Assembly (NCBI RefSeq): GCF_006345805.1
Contig: NW_021836146.1
Coordinates: forward strand, 1-64,000
Origin: Octopus sinensis
Lineage: Eukaryota
Length of the DNA stretch: 64,000 nt
Direction: 5' to 3'
The translations under genes and the position numbers were made by a program. The notes beneath the pieces are model-generated. The model was not told the DNA's origin. It did no database searches and was given only the letters and a program-made list of their open reading frames with translations. Below, piece by piece: positions 39,084-51,812 of this stretch. The first letter of the stretch is position 1, and each line of letters begins with the position of its first letter.

Positions 39084-39984
39084 CATACTAGCATTTCATA
39101 TTATAAGTAAAATAGCATAAAGTTGTATTATGCATTGTATTTTAAAACTGAGCAAAATAATTTATTACTATACTCAATTACAGTTATCTCATACGTTGCT
39201 TGTAAAAATATCAATATTCAAAGTTGTATTGATCTGTTTCAAAATAAAACAAAACAAAACAAGCTGCTAACATAAGGTTTCTTAAAAGCCTAGAAATCAA
39301 TACAATTGTCACAGAACCCAAATTTCACCAATAAAAACGACAAATCACAAACATGAACAATCTTGAATTTGTTCAAATTTAAATTGAATATTTGTTTCTC
39401 TCTCCCCATTTGTCAAGCTTTGTATTTGAATGTTATTCTTTTCGCTATGCAACTGTATTCAGGACAAATAACATGCTTTGTCCTCACTCCTCATTTTTAT
39501 GGAAAACATGTTTCTCTGTTTGCACTCTGTTGAAATTAAAAGCTTAGTCTGACCAGAACTTTTCGAGAAATCAAAAATAATTGATATGGTTAGAAGAAAT
39601 CTGTTTTCTTAGTTTGAAACTCTTGCTTACTGATAACAGGTGACCACTCCACGTTAACAAATAACATTTTCTTCCAATTGTAATTAGCTTTTATTTTCAT
39701 TATTTTCTTCCTTGAATATTACTAGGTGCATTGAACGAATACAAGATTATCAATCCAAGGCAACAATTTAAAACCACTTGATGAGGCCTTTAGGTGTCGA
39801 TTTGAAATCTTGGTTATTGGAGATACATGATTTGACTAATTTATTCTGGTTGTATCAGATTTTGTAGCCAGAAAGCACTAGTAATTATTGTTTGTTGCAG
39901 ACTCCAAGGTAAAATTAAAATCCCCAATATCTAAAACTATATTAACATCAAAACGTAAATTCAAGAACACAGTTTTACGTTTTT

Positions 39985-40306
39985 CCGATGGTTTCCAACC
40001 TTTTCCTATGCACTTGCACCTCAAGAAAATGTTTGATTAATTTTCACACCTCCCACAAAATTAAAATCATATTTGAAGTTGAAAAAAATCAATTTTCTAA
40101 TAACTTTTTTTTTTATATAATTGAACTACATGTACTGCTATGGAAAAATAAAGTTCTTGATGTGCTCAAAAAATAAAATTATTTTTAAAATAAATTTATT
40201 CTGCAAAGTAATTTTAATAAAACATGTGCCATCTATCTATGTTACACTCTCTGATATACCAACATACAGCCCTTACAAATGTAGTTTCCCTAGGTTGGGA
40301 ACACCT
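39985..40306. mobile_element. Degenerate hAT-type MITE
   Basis: Ends ..tggtttccaacct and aggttgggaacacc are imperfect TIRs resembling cagtggttcccaacct. TSD not verified. Confidence 0.4.
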
Positions 40307-41536
40307 ACTTTATTCAACTATGCATGTAATGGACAAATGATTATGAAGATTTATTCATTTTTACCTTATTAAATGCTTATGATACATCATATTGAGCAAA
40401 TTTTATTATAGCATAAGAAATTTGTAAACTATATAGAATCCAAGAGTTGCAGTAAAAAATAGATATTTGCTTTTTGCTGAATCTATCATATGAAGTAAAG
40501 TAATAGAATCAGAGGAAGCAAATGCTGCTCTGCACTGGCAAAAAGCTATGTAGGAAAGAAGTCAAACATTTCAGGAGCAACCCTTTACTGGAGAGAGAAG
40601 GTGGCGTTAAAATAAATGAATTCAAATGAGTGAGAGAGAGAGAGAGAGAGAGAAAGAGAGCAGTAGGATGAAAGGTGGATGGAGAGTTAACAGGTGTTAG
40701 TGGAGGTGGCCAATGGTCAGAGCAAGGAGATCATAACAGAAAACCCAGCAAATATGACAAATGTAATGAGGAGGGGAAAGGAAACTACAAAGAAATGTTA
40801 TATAGACTCACATAACCACCTATCTCTTACATACACACACACATGCCCTTACATAAACATATTTAAATACAAGTAAACATTCATCCATGCAATGTATACA
40901 CACCTATTCAGCAACACAAAACAGATATTTCCCTAGTTATTATCATTTTATGTACACATAGTATAATCATGTGTATAGGTTACACAAATGTACACATACG
41001 GGCACCTGCACAAATATGTACATGCATGTTGTATAAATATGCATGGCTACACACACAGATATAAAATCATTTTATATCTGTTAGTCATGAAAAAATTCAG
41101 ATTCATTTCCGTAATGCTTTTATAAGAATATAAGAATTTAAGAATTAAATTCATTAAGCATTAAAAGTTGAAACATAATAAAGAAAATAAAATCATATTT
41201 ACTTTATGGATTATAACTCCATATTTCACTGTTTCATCTCCAAGTATGATACTAATTAAATCTTTAATCAACCTTTATAGAGGTAATTTACTAATGTTCT
41301 AATACACTAAAGAACACTATAACAGAAATATCAACTATGAAGAACCATCGATAATATCAAATCTTGTATTTATGATTCAGTCCGAAAGATCTTTTAGGAA
41401 TAATTATTAATGATATAAACAATCAACATATGCATTGGAAATGGATCCAGAATATTGAGTGTGATGAACCCGATGAAAATGTAGCTAATATATCACAATA
41501 TAGAAAAATATAGAGAAATGAATACATATACCATTA

Positions 41537-41950
41537 TAATCATCGTCATTTAATGACTGTTGTCCATATAGGCATGGGTTGGCAGTTTGACCAGAGCTAG
41601 CAAGGTAGAGAGCTGCACCAGGCTCCAGTCTAATTTAGTCTGGTTTCTATGGCTGGATGCCCTTCCTAATACCAACCACCTTACAGTGAGTGCTGGGTGC
41701 TTTTACATGGCAGTGCATGAGTACTTTTACATGACACTGGCATGAGCGCTTTTTACATGGCACCAGTACAGGACTCTTGCCGGTCAATCATCTCCTCCAG
41801 GGGAAGTGGCCTCATCACTTCAGTTGTTGAGAACAGTAAGGCACCCAAGAATATCTGCAGGAGAAGTGATAAGGCCACGCCCCCTGGTGAAGATGATTGG
41901 CTTGCAAGTGCCCTGACAGCATGGAAAATGGACATTAAATGATGATGATG
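41537..41950. mobile_element. Head-to-head pair of RTE 3'-UTR fragments (minus 41537-41821; plus 41863-41950)
   Basis: Tails point outward; arms 41769-41821 and 41863-41915 are imperfect reverse complements and match RTE 3' UTR sequence at about 42735-42790. Confidence 0.7.
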
Positions 41951-41959
41951 ATGGTGATG

Positions 41960-42000
<41 letters not shown>

Positions 42001-42029
42001 TAAGAAATACAGGTAGGCAGATAGATAGA

Positions 42030-42925
42030 TGCAGTGGATTAATAGAAGGATTACCAGAAAAGGTAGTGTTCGTATGTGGGAGATGCACAGGATCTATAAA
42101 AACTATAGAGACGAAGGAAACTGATTCTCTCAAGTACCCTGGTGGCTCAATTGAGGTAGTAGATAATTTCTGCTACCTAGGGGACCAAATTAGTAGTCAG
42201 TGGGGATGCACAGAGAGTATGATAGCTAGAATAAGTACAGGATGGCGGAAATTCAGAGAGCTGTTACCTCTGTTGGCTATGAAAGGTTTCTCTCTCCAAG
42301 TGAAAGGAAGATTGTATGATGCAAATATATGAACAACAATTCTACATGATAGTGAGACATGGGCCCTGAATGCAGAGGATGTGTGAAGTTAAATGAGGGT
42401 AGTATGTTCTGCTGGATGTGTAATGTAAGTGTACATGTTCAATTGAGTGCTAGTGCTTTGAAAGAGAAGTTAGGCATAAGAGGAATTAGTTGCTGGGTGC
42501 AAGGGAGAAGACTGTGCTGGTTTGGTTATGTGATGCAGATGGATGCTGACAGCTCCATAAAGAAGTGCTGATCTCTCAAAGTAGATAGAACATGTGGAAG
42601 TGAGAGACTCAGGAAGACATGATACAGAGTGCTGAAGAAAAAAACCTCAGAATGCTGAACTTTTCCGGTGTGATGACAACAGACCAAGATGCCTGGCACC
42701 TTGCTGTACTCAAGAAGATTTGTACTCTGCAGCAGAAGTATTAAGGTCAGTCCCCTGGTAGAGAGGATTGACTTGCAAGATTCCTTGGCTGGTACCATGT
42801 GGTAGCACCATGTAAGGGTGCCTGAGTGATGCTGCCTAAAATCACCAATGCGGTACTGCATAAAAGCACCCATGTGGTGCCTTGTAAAAGCATCCATGCT
42901 GCACTCTGTAAAAGCACTCATGCAG
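42030..42925 (+). mobile_element. RTE-clade LINE fragment (C-terminal RT region and part of 3' UTR)
   Basis: FVCGRCTG..IEVVDNFCYLGDQI..ARISTGWRKFRELLPLL..VKGRLYDA; ETWAL; RRLCWFGYVMQMD; stops and frameshifts. Confidence 0.9.
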
Positions 42926-43135
42926 AAATTTCACTGCAGGCACAGATTTGGTAGTGGACATGGTGAAATTGTGTCAGTGATCAAGTCATAGCTTTGTGAC
43001 CAAAGAACCTAGTTGACACTATGTAGTAGTGTATTAAGAAATAAATATTTATTAGAAAGCATCATTTCCCATTTAATCTAAAATCAAAGACCAAAGAGGA
43101 TGTATTAATTTTGTTTCTTTACATTGGATACTTAC

Positions 43136-43218
43136 ACATCTATTTCAGTGTTTTGCCATTTTCAATCAATGTAAAGTATTCTTGCCATGGAGAAGTTAGA
43201 TTCCCATAAGCCATTTTA
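43136..43218 (-). other. Candidate 83-nt exon (KMAYGNLTSPWQEYFTLIENGKTLK*)
   Basis: ctgttttcag| ... GATGT|gtaagt, both strong sites; the open frame ends in TAG 4 nt before the donor. Confidence 0.25.
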
Positions 43219-44674
43219 CTGAAAACAGTGGAATTCTTAGTTTAATATAATTCACAAATCAAATAAAACTACAATAATCTACAGCTACTTGTGAATTAAG
43301 CCGAAAATAACCATAGACACCTGGCTAAGGTAAAAAGCCAAAGTCAGGTGTAGTATGTGACTCCGAGTCAACTATAGAATCGCATGACAGTTACTCCAGT
43401 TCACAAATATATTCACAAGCATGAACTTAAAAAAAAATTAATATTACTGATTATTCCTTACAGCTGTTTGAAGATGGTAGACACAGTGTTACCTTGATTA
43501 ATTCCACCACTTGGTCACTGGGTGTTTTTAGTTAAGTCCACTCTATTGTTAGCATTTTCATGCCAAGTATCTGGTTTGAGAATAACTTCTGCCCCTCTTT
43601 CAACTAGTCATAGGTGCTATCCTTTCTCCTCTGATTAATACATTAAAAAAAATAATAAATAACTGACCATGAATTCAAAAACTTTCTGAATTCTCAAGAA
43701 TAGAAGGAAATTTTCTTGGCATTTTTTGTCATACTGTCTTCTGTTTGCTACAATGAGTTAAGACTGCTCAACTGGAAGCCACATATTTCTGCCAAGACAG
43801 TTTTGGAAAGAAAAGGGCAATACTGGCAAAATAGCTAACACTCAGTGACCTTACATTTAATTTAAACTCTTGGATTTTGCTGGTAGTGGGCAATATGACA
43901 GCCAGAAGCAGGATATTACAGTCCAAAGCACTTCTTTAAAAATAGTTTCATTGTTTCTGTAACACATTCATATCTTTTATTTTTGGCAACTATCTGCACA
44001 TGACCTCTAAAGTTCAGCTGGTGTATAAAAGAAATAGTGTAAAAGAGTGAAGTTAGATCAAGCTGGCTATTGAATGCAACACCTAGCAATAAGTGTATAT
44101 TTGAGAACTTGATTATTCTTCATGGCAAATAACCAAATAAATAAGAGATCTGTTTTTGTTACCAATATTTATTTCTATTATTTTCTAGAAATTACATTAA
44201 AAGTAGTTATTTTATAATATCTTTGCAGTTAAATATCGAAGTAAGAGAAACATTTTCAAGACCAAAGATTAAGATAACTAAATAAATACTTGTTTCAAGA
44301 AAGTTATGAAATAAGAAAATATTTCACATCACAATCATTATAAAGATATAATCTAAATAAAAAGTTAGATAATGTTTATCAAAAAGGAAAACAAAAACTA
44401 TGAAAATAGTTCAATATCATCTAAGTCACTTGATTCTGTAAGTTGAACATATATGTAAATGTATATTCCACTAATTTCTTTTATCATTGATGATTACAAA
44501 TTATTTAAATTCTTACTAAATTTATAAGATGCTGATCAGTTTGTAATCTTTATTAAATAATTAAAGCTTAAAACATTTACAGATTTTTTACTTGAATTCA
44601 TAATTGCAGAATATATAAACTTGAATTTTGATGAGAAAATTTTTATCTCATTATTAGCATATACTGCAACTTAC

Positions 44675-44698
44675 CCCAAAGGAAGATACTTAACTCTA
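44675..44698 (-). other. Candidate 24/21-nt micro-exon (NAGNAG acceptor)
   Basis: ttacttgag|TAG|AGTTAAGTATCTTCCTTTGGG|gtaagt. Confidence 0.25.
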
Positions 44699-44831
44699 CT
44701 CAAGTAAATATAATTATCCAGAAATTAAATAACAAGGGCAAGTGGACAGATGGCAGGTCACCAAAAGAGCAGTACAATTAATAGGTAATTAAGTGGCTTG
44801 CAGTTTTGAACCATGCCAAAGCAAAAATTAC

Positions 44832-44883
44832 CTAAGGGATGATTTTGGTCAGTGAAGTTGTTGGAAAAAAGCCCAAGAGACCC
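44832..44883 (-). other. Candidate 52-nt exon (GSLGLFSNNFTDQNHPL)
   Basis: gttcttttttag| ... TTAG|gtaatt; one open frame; a 133-nt intron would join it to 44675-44698. Confidence 0.25.
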
Positions 44884-45369
44884 CTAAAAAAGAACTACCA
44901 AAGCATGCATAATAAAAAAAAAACCCACAAAATTGGAAGTTTGCTCATGTCTGTAATATCTTTGTTAACTTCATCCACATTATATTCTGCATCTTTAAAA
45001 ATAACAACTCTAGCATGCATACCAAACCTATTTGATTCTTTTCACTGGAATCTACTCAGGTTTTCTTCAGGTGAATAAACAAGTCAAATGGCATTTAGAT
45101 GTGTTTGTTGTGGGCTCATTAATAAAAGCTTTGATTAAATTTAGAGTGAATCATCTCCATAAATTGTATAACTTTCTTAAGCTTTTCTATTTCAAATATG
45201 TCTTTTCTCATTTTGGCCATTACATTGACAGATTTATCAGAGGTATCTATGAAACAGAACATCTGAGAATAAGTAAATTTTGTCCAAAAGATATGTATTT
45301 ATAAGTAATAATAATGATGATGATGATGATGATGATACAAAATAATACAAATAATAATAATAATACAAA

Positions 45370-45957
45370 AGATGCCATGACAATGTGGCAAGAATGATCC
45401 ATTAGGAGCTCTGTGAAAATCACAGCCTACAAAGAGCAAAGACATGGTATGAACAAACTCCAAAAGGAGTCACTGAAAATGAGAATTCCAAAATCCTTTG
45501 GGATGCAATGACTCAGTGCAATCACCTGACTAGACATCAGAAACCAGATATTGTGGTGGATAAAAAATAAATAATATGTATGATAATCGACATAGTAAAC
45601 AAGTGTCACCTTAGTCTGGTGGCAACAGGATCAATGTGAAAAAATAAGAAAAAATAAACAACTGATGATTTAAAGTGGGAAATACGAAGGTTGTGGTAAA
45701 TGAAGAGAGCAGATGTGATACCAATAGTAATTGGTGCACTTGGAAGTACCAGCACTCAACTACCAGCATGGCTAAAAAAGATCAGTGCGAGTGTGGAGGT
45801 AGAACACCTAAAATAATCAGCATTGCTTGGAACAGCAAGAATTCTTCACAAGGTTCTTGAAGCATGACCAGTAAACAAGTGTCACCTTAGTCTGCTGGCT
45901 GTGGACAGCTGACATTTTGCATCATACCTAGCAAAGCAAAATAAGCTGTGAATTTTC

Positions 45958-45995
<38 letters not shown>
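45370..45995 (+). mobile_element. R4/Dong-type fragment (RLE domain, 3' UTR, (TAA)n tail)
   Basis: RHDNVARMIH*ELCENH..WYEQTPKGVTENENSKILWD..KPDIVV; VIPIVIGALGS; SALLGTARILHKVLEA*. Flanked by TAA/TGA repeats on both sides. Confidence 0.85.
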
Positions 45996-45999
<4 letters not shown>

Positions 46000-48399
46000 A
46001 ATCTGAGGGGAAGGGGCCTGTTGATTACATTCAAGTACTGGTGCAATATTAAATTTCGACTCCATAATTGAAACAAAACACTCAAACAGGATGTAGTGCT
46101 GCTTCACTAGAAGCTCCCAAAACAGATAAAGTAAAGGGTCTTAAGCTAATATACAATGTATGTGCGCATGTGTGTGCACACACACATAATAGTAAGGTGT
46201 GATTAAACTGCATGGCATACAATCAGTATTTAGAGTCCTTGTGCCACCTTTTACATCAAACAAAAGCAAAAGCTGAAACATATGAGAATGTGGTAAATAA
46301 TTTTAGAACCAAATCTCTAGTCTTTTTTTTTTTTTTCTGGTGGGGCGATGTACATACATAAGCCCAGATTTCTGTAGCTACTGTAATTATTGAGTATATA
46401 AAGGAAATGGTTACTTCTTTCTCTAGGATTGGTCAAACTGATGTAGATGAGGACTTTGATTAGAATCCAGTAAAATTTGGGAATTGCTTAAGGATACACA
46501 TCACTTTTTTCAATGTGTATACACACACACATACACACACAGCTGGATGGACAGACAGATGGCTGTATGGATTGACATATAGACAAGCAAGTAGGCAGAG
46601 AGAAAGAAGTATATATATAAGAACTGAACATTTATTGAGAATATGACTGACTACTTAGAGCAAACCCAAAATTATTGCGAAGATCAAGTTGGCTATGACA
46701 TTTAGTTTTGCCTATCAGCTTGCTTAGTCAGTGACAGAATCCTTGTCTACTAGTTTCATATAAAGGATGGAAAGCTGCATTAAAGGAATGGGGGTATACC
46801 TGATATGTTTCACAATTTGTTGATTTGTATAAAAGAAAATATCTTTATAAATAATCAGACATAGTGAGGTTTAGGGAGATTTGCTAATTAAAATGGTTTT
46901 ACCTTTTGTAAATACAGCAGTGACTCTCTGCCACAACACATAACTTTATCAAGCAATTATTCATCAAGAACAGAGACAAATTTAATCAATTATACCCTCT
47001 CCTGGCCTGATATCAATGTTAGAAATAATTATTATTATAAATCATCATTAATAAGCCAATGAAGATGCTATTTACAAAAGTATTAGTATTCTCGGTTAAA
47101 TGCCTTCACTGTTCATTTGGTGTCTGGCTTCTGTATTTTCAATATTTCTGTATTCTTGTTCTTTCAGAACAAAACGAAAAGTATCACTAACATACTAAGT
47201 CAATTATTTTGACTATCTATTTCCAAAACTGGCCGTGTTTCTAAAGAAGAAATCACTATTATTATTAAACTGATCAAAACAATTCCAAGCTGAAAATGAA
47301 CCCCAAGCTTCATTGAAAAGAAATTCATGCCAAAGAAATAGTTATAAAACTGAAAATGCTATGGTAGTTTTACTGTCTTCATTTATTCAATAATACTGGC
47401 TGCTAAACTTGTAAAGATTCCCAGGAGTTGCTGTCTGAAACATAAGAACATTAAATGTTCAGTGGTGACATTTCGCGCATGAAGGTTTATGTTGTGTGAG
47501 TTTGGTGTCAGTGTATGTATGCACATTTCTTTAGTATCAATTCAAATCTGCAGAGAATTATTGTAATCAAAGTAGCATCCCTTATGAAAGTCAACTAATA
47601 GTTTTTATGTTAGAAGAAAATTATTGTCACATTTTCAGAACTACATCTAAAACATATATGTGCACATTATTACTTTATGAGCAGTATAGAAATGACTTTG
47701 TACTGTGAAATTAAGATCATAAATATAGATAAGAACTTAAATGTGATAAGTAAGGAAATCACCATGTGAATATCTACTTTACATAATCCTTATATAAACT
47801 GTTGTAGATTCATGACATTTTTATATATACTACGTTTTGCACACATATGCATAAAAAGTACTGTCCTTTTCTGTTGAAGTAACTTAGAATACTTATCCAA
47901 TGATTATGAGTTAACTTTACATAACTTTCTTTTATCATACTAACTGGAAATTAGTACCAAACATTTTAGTGTATTCTTTTTCTTTTTTTTTTTTTGGCTT
48001 TTAGATTGGCATGGCTTCTTTCTAAGATAGAAATGATGTAAAAACAATTATGGTTATGTCATTGTCATGAGAAGGAATTTGTTCATAGACACAACCTGAG
48101 ACTCTTCCAATTCAACGAATTAGTCTGCAAAGATAGATTTAATGAGTTGCCAGAAAAGTCCTAAAACATTTTTAGTCTACACTTACTAAAAAAAATTAGA
48201 ATGCAATATTTTAAATCAAATTTGTTAGAAAAAAACTGTACTGTAATGCAACGATAGCAATATTCTTCTTTATGCAAGTAGTTTATGTCAAGTACTATTT
48301 TGAGGGTACTTCATACAGAATAATAATTAGAAAATATAAGATCCACTTTCAGGTGGTCACACAAAGACATTTCTCACCCTATAAAGCTCATTACTGTGG

Positions 48400-49550
48400 A
48401 CCATGCTATATACTCTCAATACAACTTTCACTTTAAAAGGGTTTGACTGCACATGTAAAAAAAATCGATTGTCACCACTACTTTCACCTACAAAGAACTT
48501 CAGTTATTCTCAACCAAAGCCTTTATTTCACATTCCTCTAAATATAACTGATTTTACCACTTTTTGAACTCCTTCAATCACAAATAACTCATCAACCATA
48601 TCTCATCCTGCATCAAGGACATTTAACTCAATTCACTTCCCTCTGAAATCATCATCCATGGAGACTTCAATGTTTATGGACCTTCTTTAACTCTCTCATT
48701 TTTCCTCCACAGATGCTGCTGGTGCAGAAGCTGAACTTTTTGCAACTTTTTACTCTCAGTTGCAATTAGCATCATCTACAAGTATTTATGACTGACATAC
48801 TCTCCAAAGATCCTTGATCTATTTTGCATCTCCAAACCAAATATCTACCAAACCCTCATTGTCTCTGCAGCTATCATTTTGTCCAACCACTACCTATTTG
48901 TTGTTATGATATGAACTTCATAGCACATGCATACACTTCCCAAATCTTATGGTACAACAAATCAGCTAAGTAACTGGGAATTCATAAGCCTTATTATAGC
49001 TATAACTGGAAGCAATTAGGCTTTATTCTTGACAATTCTGAAATATCTGAGTAGGTGACCAAAGCCATCATCTTATTAATGTCTTTCATTTGTTCTTAAA
49101 AACACAAACACTACTCACAACCCTAAATCACCCAAATAGTTTATATATAGTTGTGCTACAGCAGTAATGACAAAGAAACATACCAACAAAGCCTAGAAAA
49201 TATTATTCTCACACCTACCAACTGGGTAGCTTTTAGCCACAACTACAATTCATGTAAGGCAACAATCTATGAAGTGAAAGATCTGACTATGCATTATGCT
49301 ACCTGCAAACTATACAATTAATGCAGAACATTTGCAACAAAATACAAAATGTTCTTCACATTCTGAAACTTCTAACAGTTATTACTTGAATTAAATAAGA
49401 GCCAATAGTGAACAACCAACAATTCATAATAGAATATCAAAATACTGTTTAACCAAATAATCATTTCAAATAAAAAAGATCAATTTCAATGCAAATGCAA
49501 AAAGCACTCAACCAACAGACAACTATCACTAACTGATATGGCCAGCAATG
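48400..49550 (+). mobile_element. Highly decayed CR1/L2-type LINE, APE endonuclease region
   Basis: EIIIHGDFNV at 48645-48675 (the GDFN motif of APE endonucleases); boundaries approximate. Confidence 0.55.
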
Positions 49551-50709
49551 GAGCCTCTAAGGTTGCTTGACTTGCTAAAACCACAACTAAATTTCTTCCA
49601 TATCACACTCTATCATTCTGAAAGAGTAGATACTCCTTTAAAAAAATGGAATAGTCATAGGTCATCTCAGCCAGGGTTGAACTTCAACTAAAATAACTCA
49701 TATGGAAAGATTTTCATCATTGCAACAATAAAAAAGACAAAATAATGAACAGGTGTAATGACACACTAGTATAGCTAAATAAAATATGCATCAAAAAGGG
49801 AGATCAATGTTGCTACATAACCTGATAAAAAATAACAATTAAATTTCCCTCAAATTACACCTCAGCTCTTCACCTAAGAACAGGACATATAAGGTAACAC
49901 ATACAAGAATACATGAAATGTGATATGCATGACAGATCACACACAGCTTTTTCAATCACTTTCAAAAACTGCTCAGAGGACATTTATGTTCTCTAACATA
50001 CAACTGCTAGGTTATTCAACCTCAAAGAGCTTAATATTAAAATCGTACACTTTAATATTCCTAAGAAGAGACCTCTTGTCTGATAACATACAATGGAAGA
50101 GATTTTAAAATTCTTATAGATATAATTTCATTCGCATGTAACATGTTAGACTTCTCAATAAATCTTTATAAAACTGCAAGTGTTTATAAGCCTGACCCAG
50201 GAAAGCCTTGTGCAGATCCTCAAGTAACAGTATCCATTCAAACTATGGAAAATGTGTCTTCTTTTAAATATTTTGATAACATGTTAAATAAACAGTGATG
50301 TACATCAATAGAATTCAGATCTATCCAAATTCAATTGCTCCCTCTCAACTTGTATTTGAATATTCCTCTTGTATTTGTATTGAATTTGAATATTGTATTT
50401 GAATATTCCTCTCAGTTTCCAGTCACAGTACTTGAATAACAAGGGATTGCAATGGACTATTTGGTGTTCAGTTCAAATATCCTTTTGCCACTGTGTACAG
50501 CAACTCAACATTTTACCATCATCTCACTTCAGGCCACACATTGATATCTATCACATTATTTTACCACAAAGCATTTCTACCATTATCCATCACATGCTCT
50601 CTATCTTCCATCTCTTTCAGTGACTGTCTCTCCTTAAATACACTCCAAAGCATCTCTTCCAATAATAAAATACTCACACTCTTATATAACGGATCTTTAT
50701 ACTTAACTC

Positions 50710-50790
50710 AGGGGTAGGGAAACTCCCACCCATGGGTGCAATTGTCCCCACAGGCCCATTTTATTTCACCCACAGGCTGATATAATTGTA
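50710..50790. mobile_element. hAT-type MITE end fragment
   Basis: caggggtagggaaact...caggccc resembles hAT/Charlie-type termini; no partner end found. Confidence 0.35.
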
Positions 50791-51812
50791 TGTACAAAAT
50801 AAAGTAAATTTTTCAATAATAAAATTTATACAATATTGGTATGCCTATTTGCAACATAGGTTGCATTTCCACTATGACTTAAAACAGTTAGACATAAGCA
50901 GAAAATTGTCCAGTAATTGCCATATGAATGGAAATTTTGTTTTCACTATAAAACACACATTGCTAGGTTTGAACACCCCCCCCCCCTCGAGACCCAACTA
51001 AACTCTAGCTGGAAAATATAGAAACCTCATAAGTAATATAAATGTCCTAAATTCAGTGGCGGTGTTAATGAAGATACTATGCATTAATTTAATGTGTTAA
51101 ACTTATCTTTATTAATGCCTATCGAATTATACATAGATACATACAAGATCTACACAGATATAAGCATTAGAACTTGTTATCTGCCCATGGACCTTTTTGT
51201 TTGTAAATTTTTGCCCGCCGCACTAAAAAGTTTCCTGACCTCTGACTTAACTTTACAATGCTTATTTCCATACCATGTTAATGCTTTTTTTTTTTTTAAT
51301 AATTTTTATCTTTCTACCTTTTTATCTTCGTCTTTTTTATCCCTGGTCTGCTAAGTATTTGCAATGCATCTGAAACCGGCTGACCTAACAACTTTTCTAT
51401 CTCACTATCATTGTTTTCTTTTGCTAGATTATCAGGCTTCCTTTGATCCAGCCTCCATAGCCATTTTCTCTAACTCTTGATTTTATGTCCAATTTTTATT
51501 TGTTGTGCCATTTAACTGATTCCATTAACTGACATAGTAAACTAACTTTCTATCAATTACGATAACCTTTTCCTTCCTCTCCTTTTGCTCTGCCTTTCAT
51601 TACAACACTTCCTCTACTCTTCGTATCTTTCCACTCTTTTGAACTTACATATATTTATAAACACTGTTCTCTATTAAGCTGTTTGCCAATGTCTTCTGAC
51701 GAGGGTTATATAACTTCACCCCATGAGTCTCTCAAAATTCATGCTAGCTGATACACCTACAATATTATTGAACTTCATTTCATCATTTGCATATATATAT
51801 ATATATATATAT

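Noticed and set aside
40555-40600. Minus-strand sequence resembling a Penelope-type hammerhead (ccagtaaagggttgctcctgaaatgtt)
   Set aside because: The CUGANGA core is not present; too degenerate to support.
43490-43610. Minus-strand frames VERGAEVILKPDTWHEN.. and PSDQVVELIK (PDZ-helix-like)
   Set aside because: Needs a frameshift to join, lacks a good acceptor, and no other PDZ motifs are present.
51696-51720. CTGACGA-gggttatataac next to a possible Penelope-like remnant (51.05-51.72 kb)
   Set aside because: No downstream GAAA, and no convincing GIY-YIG translation.
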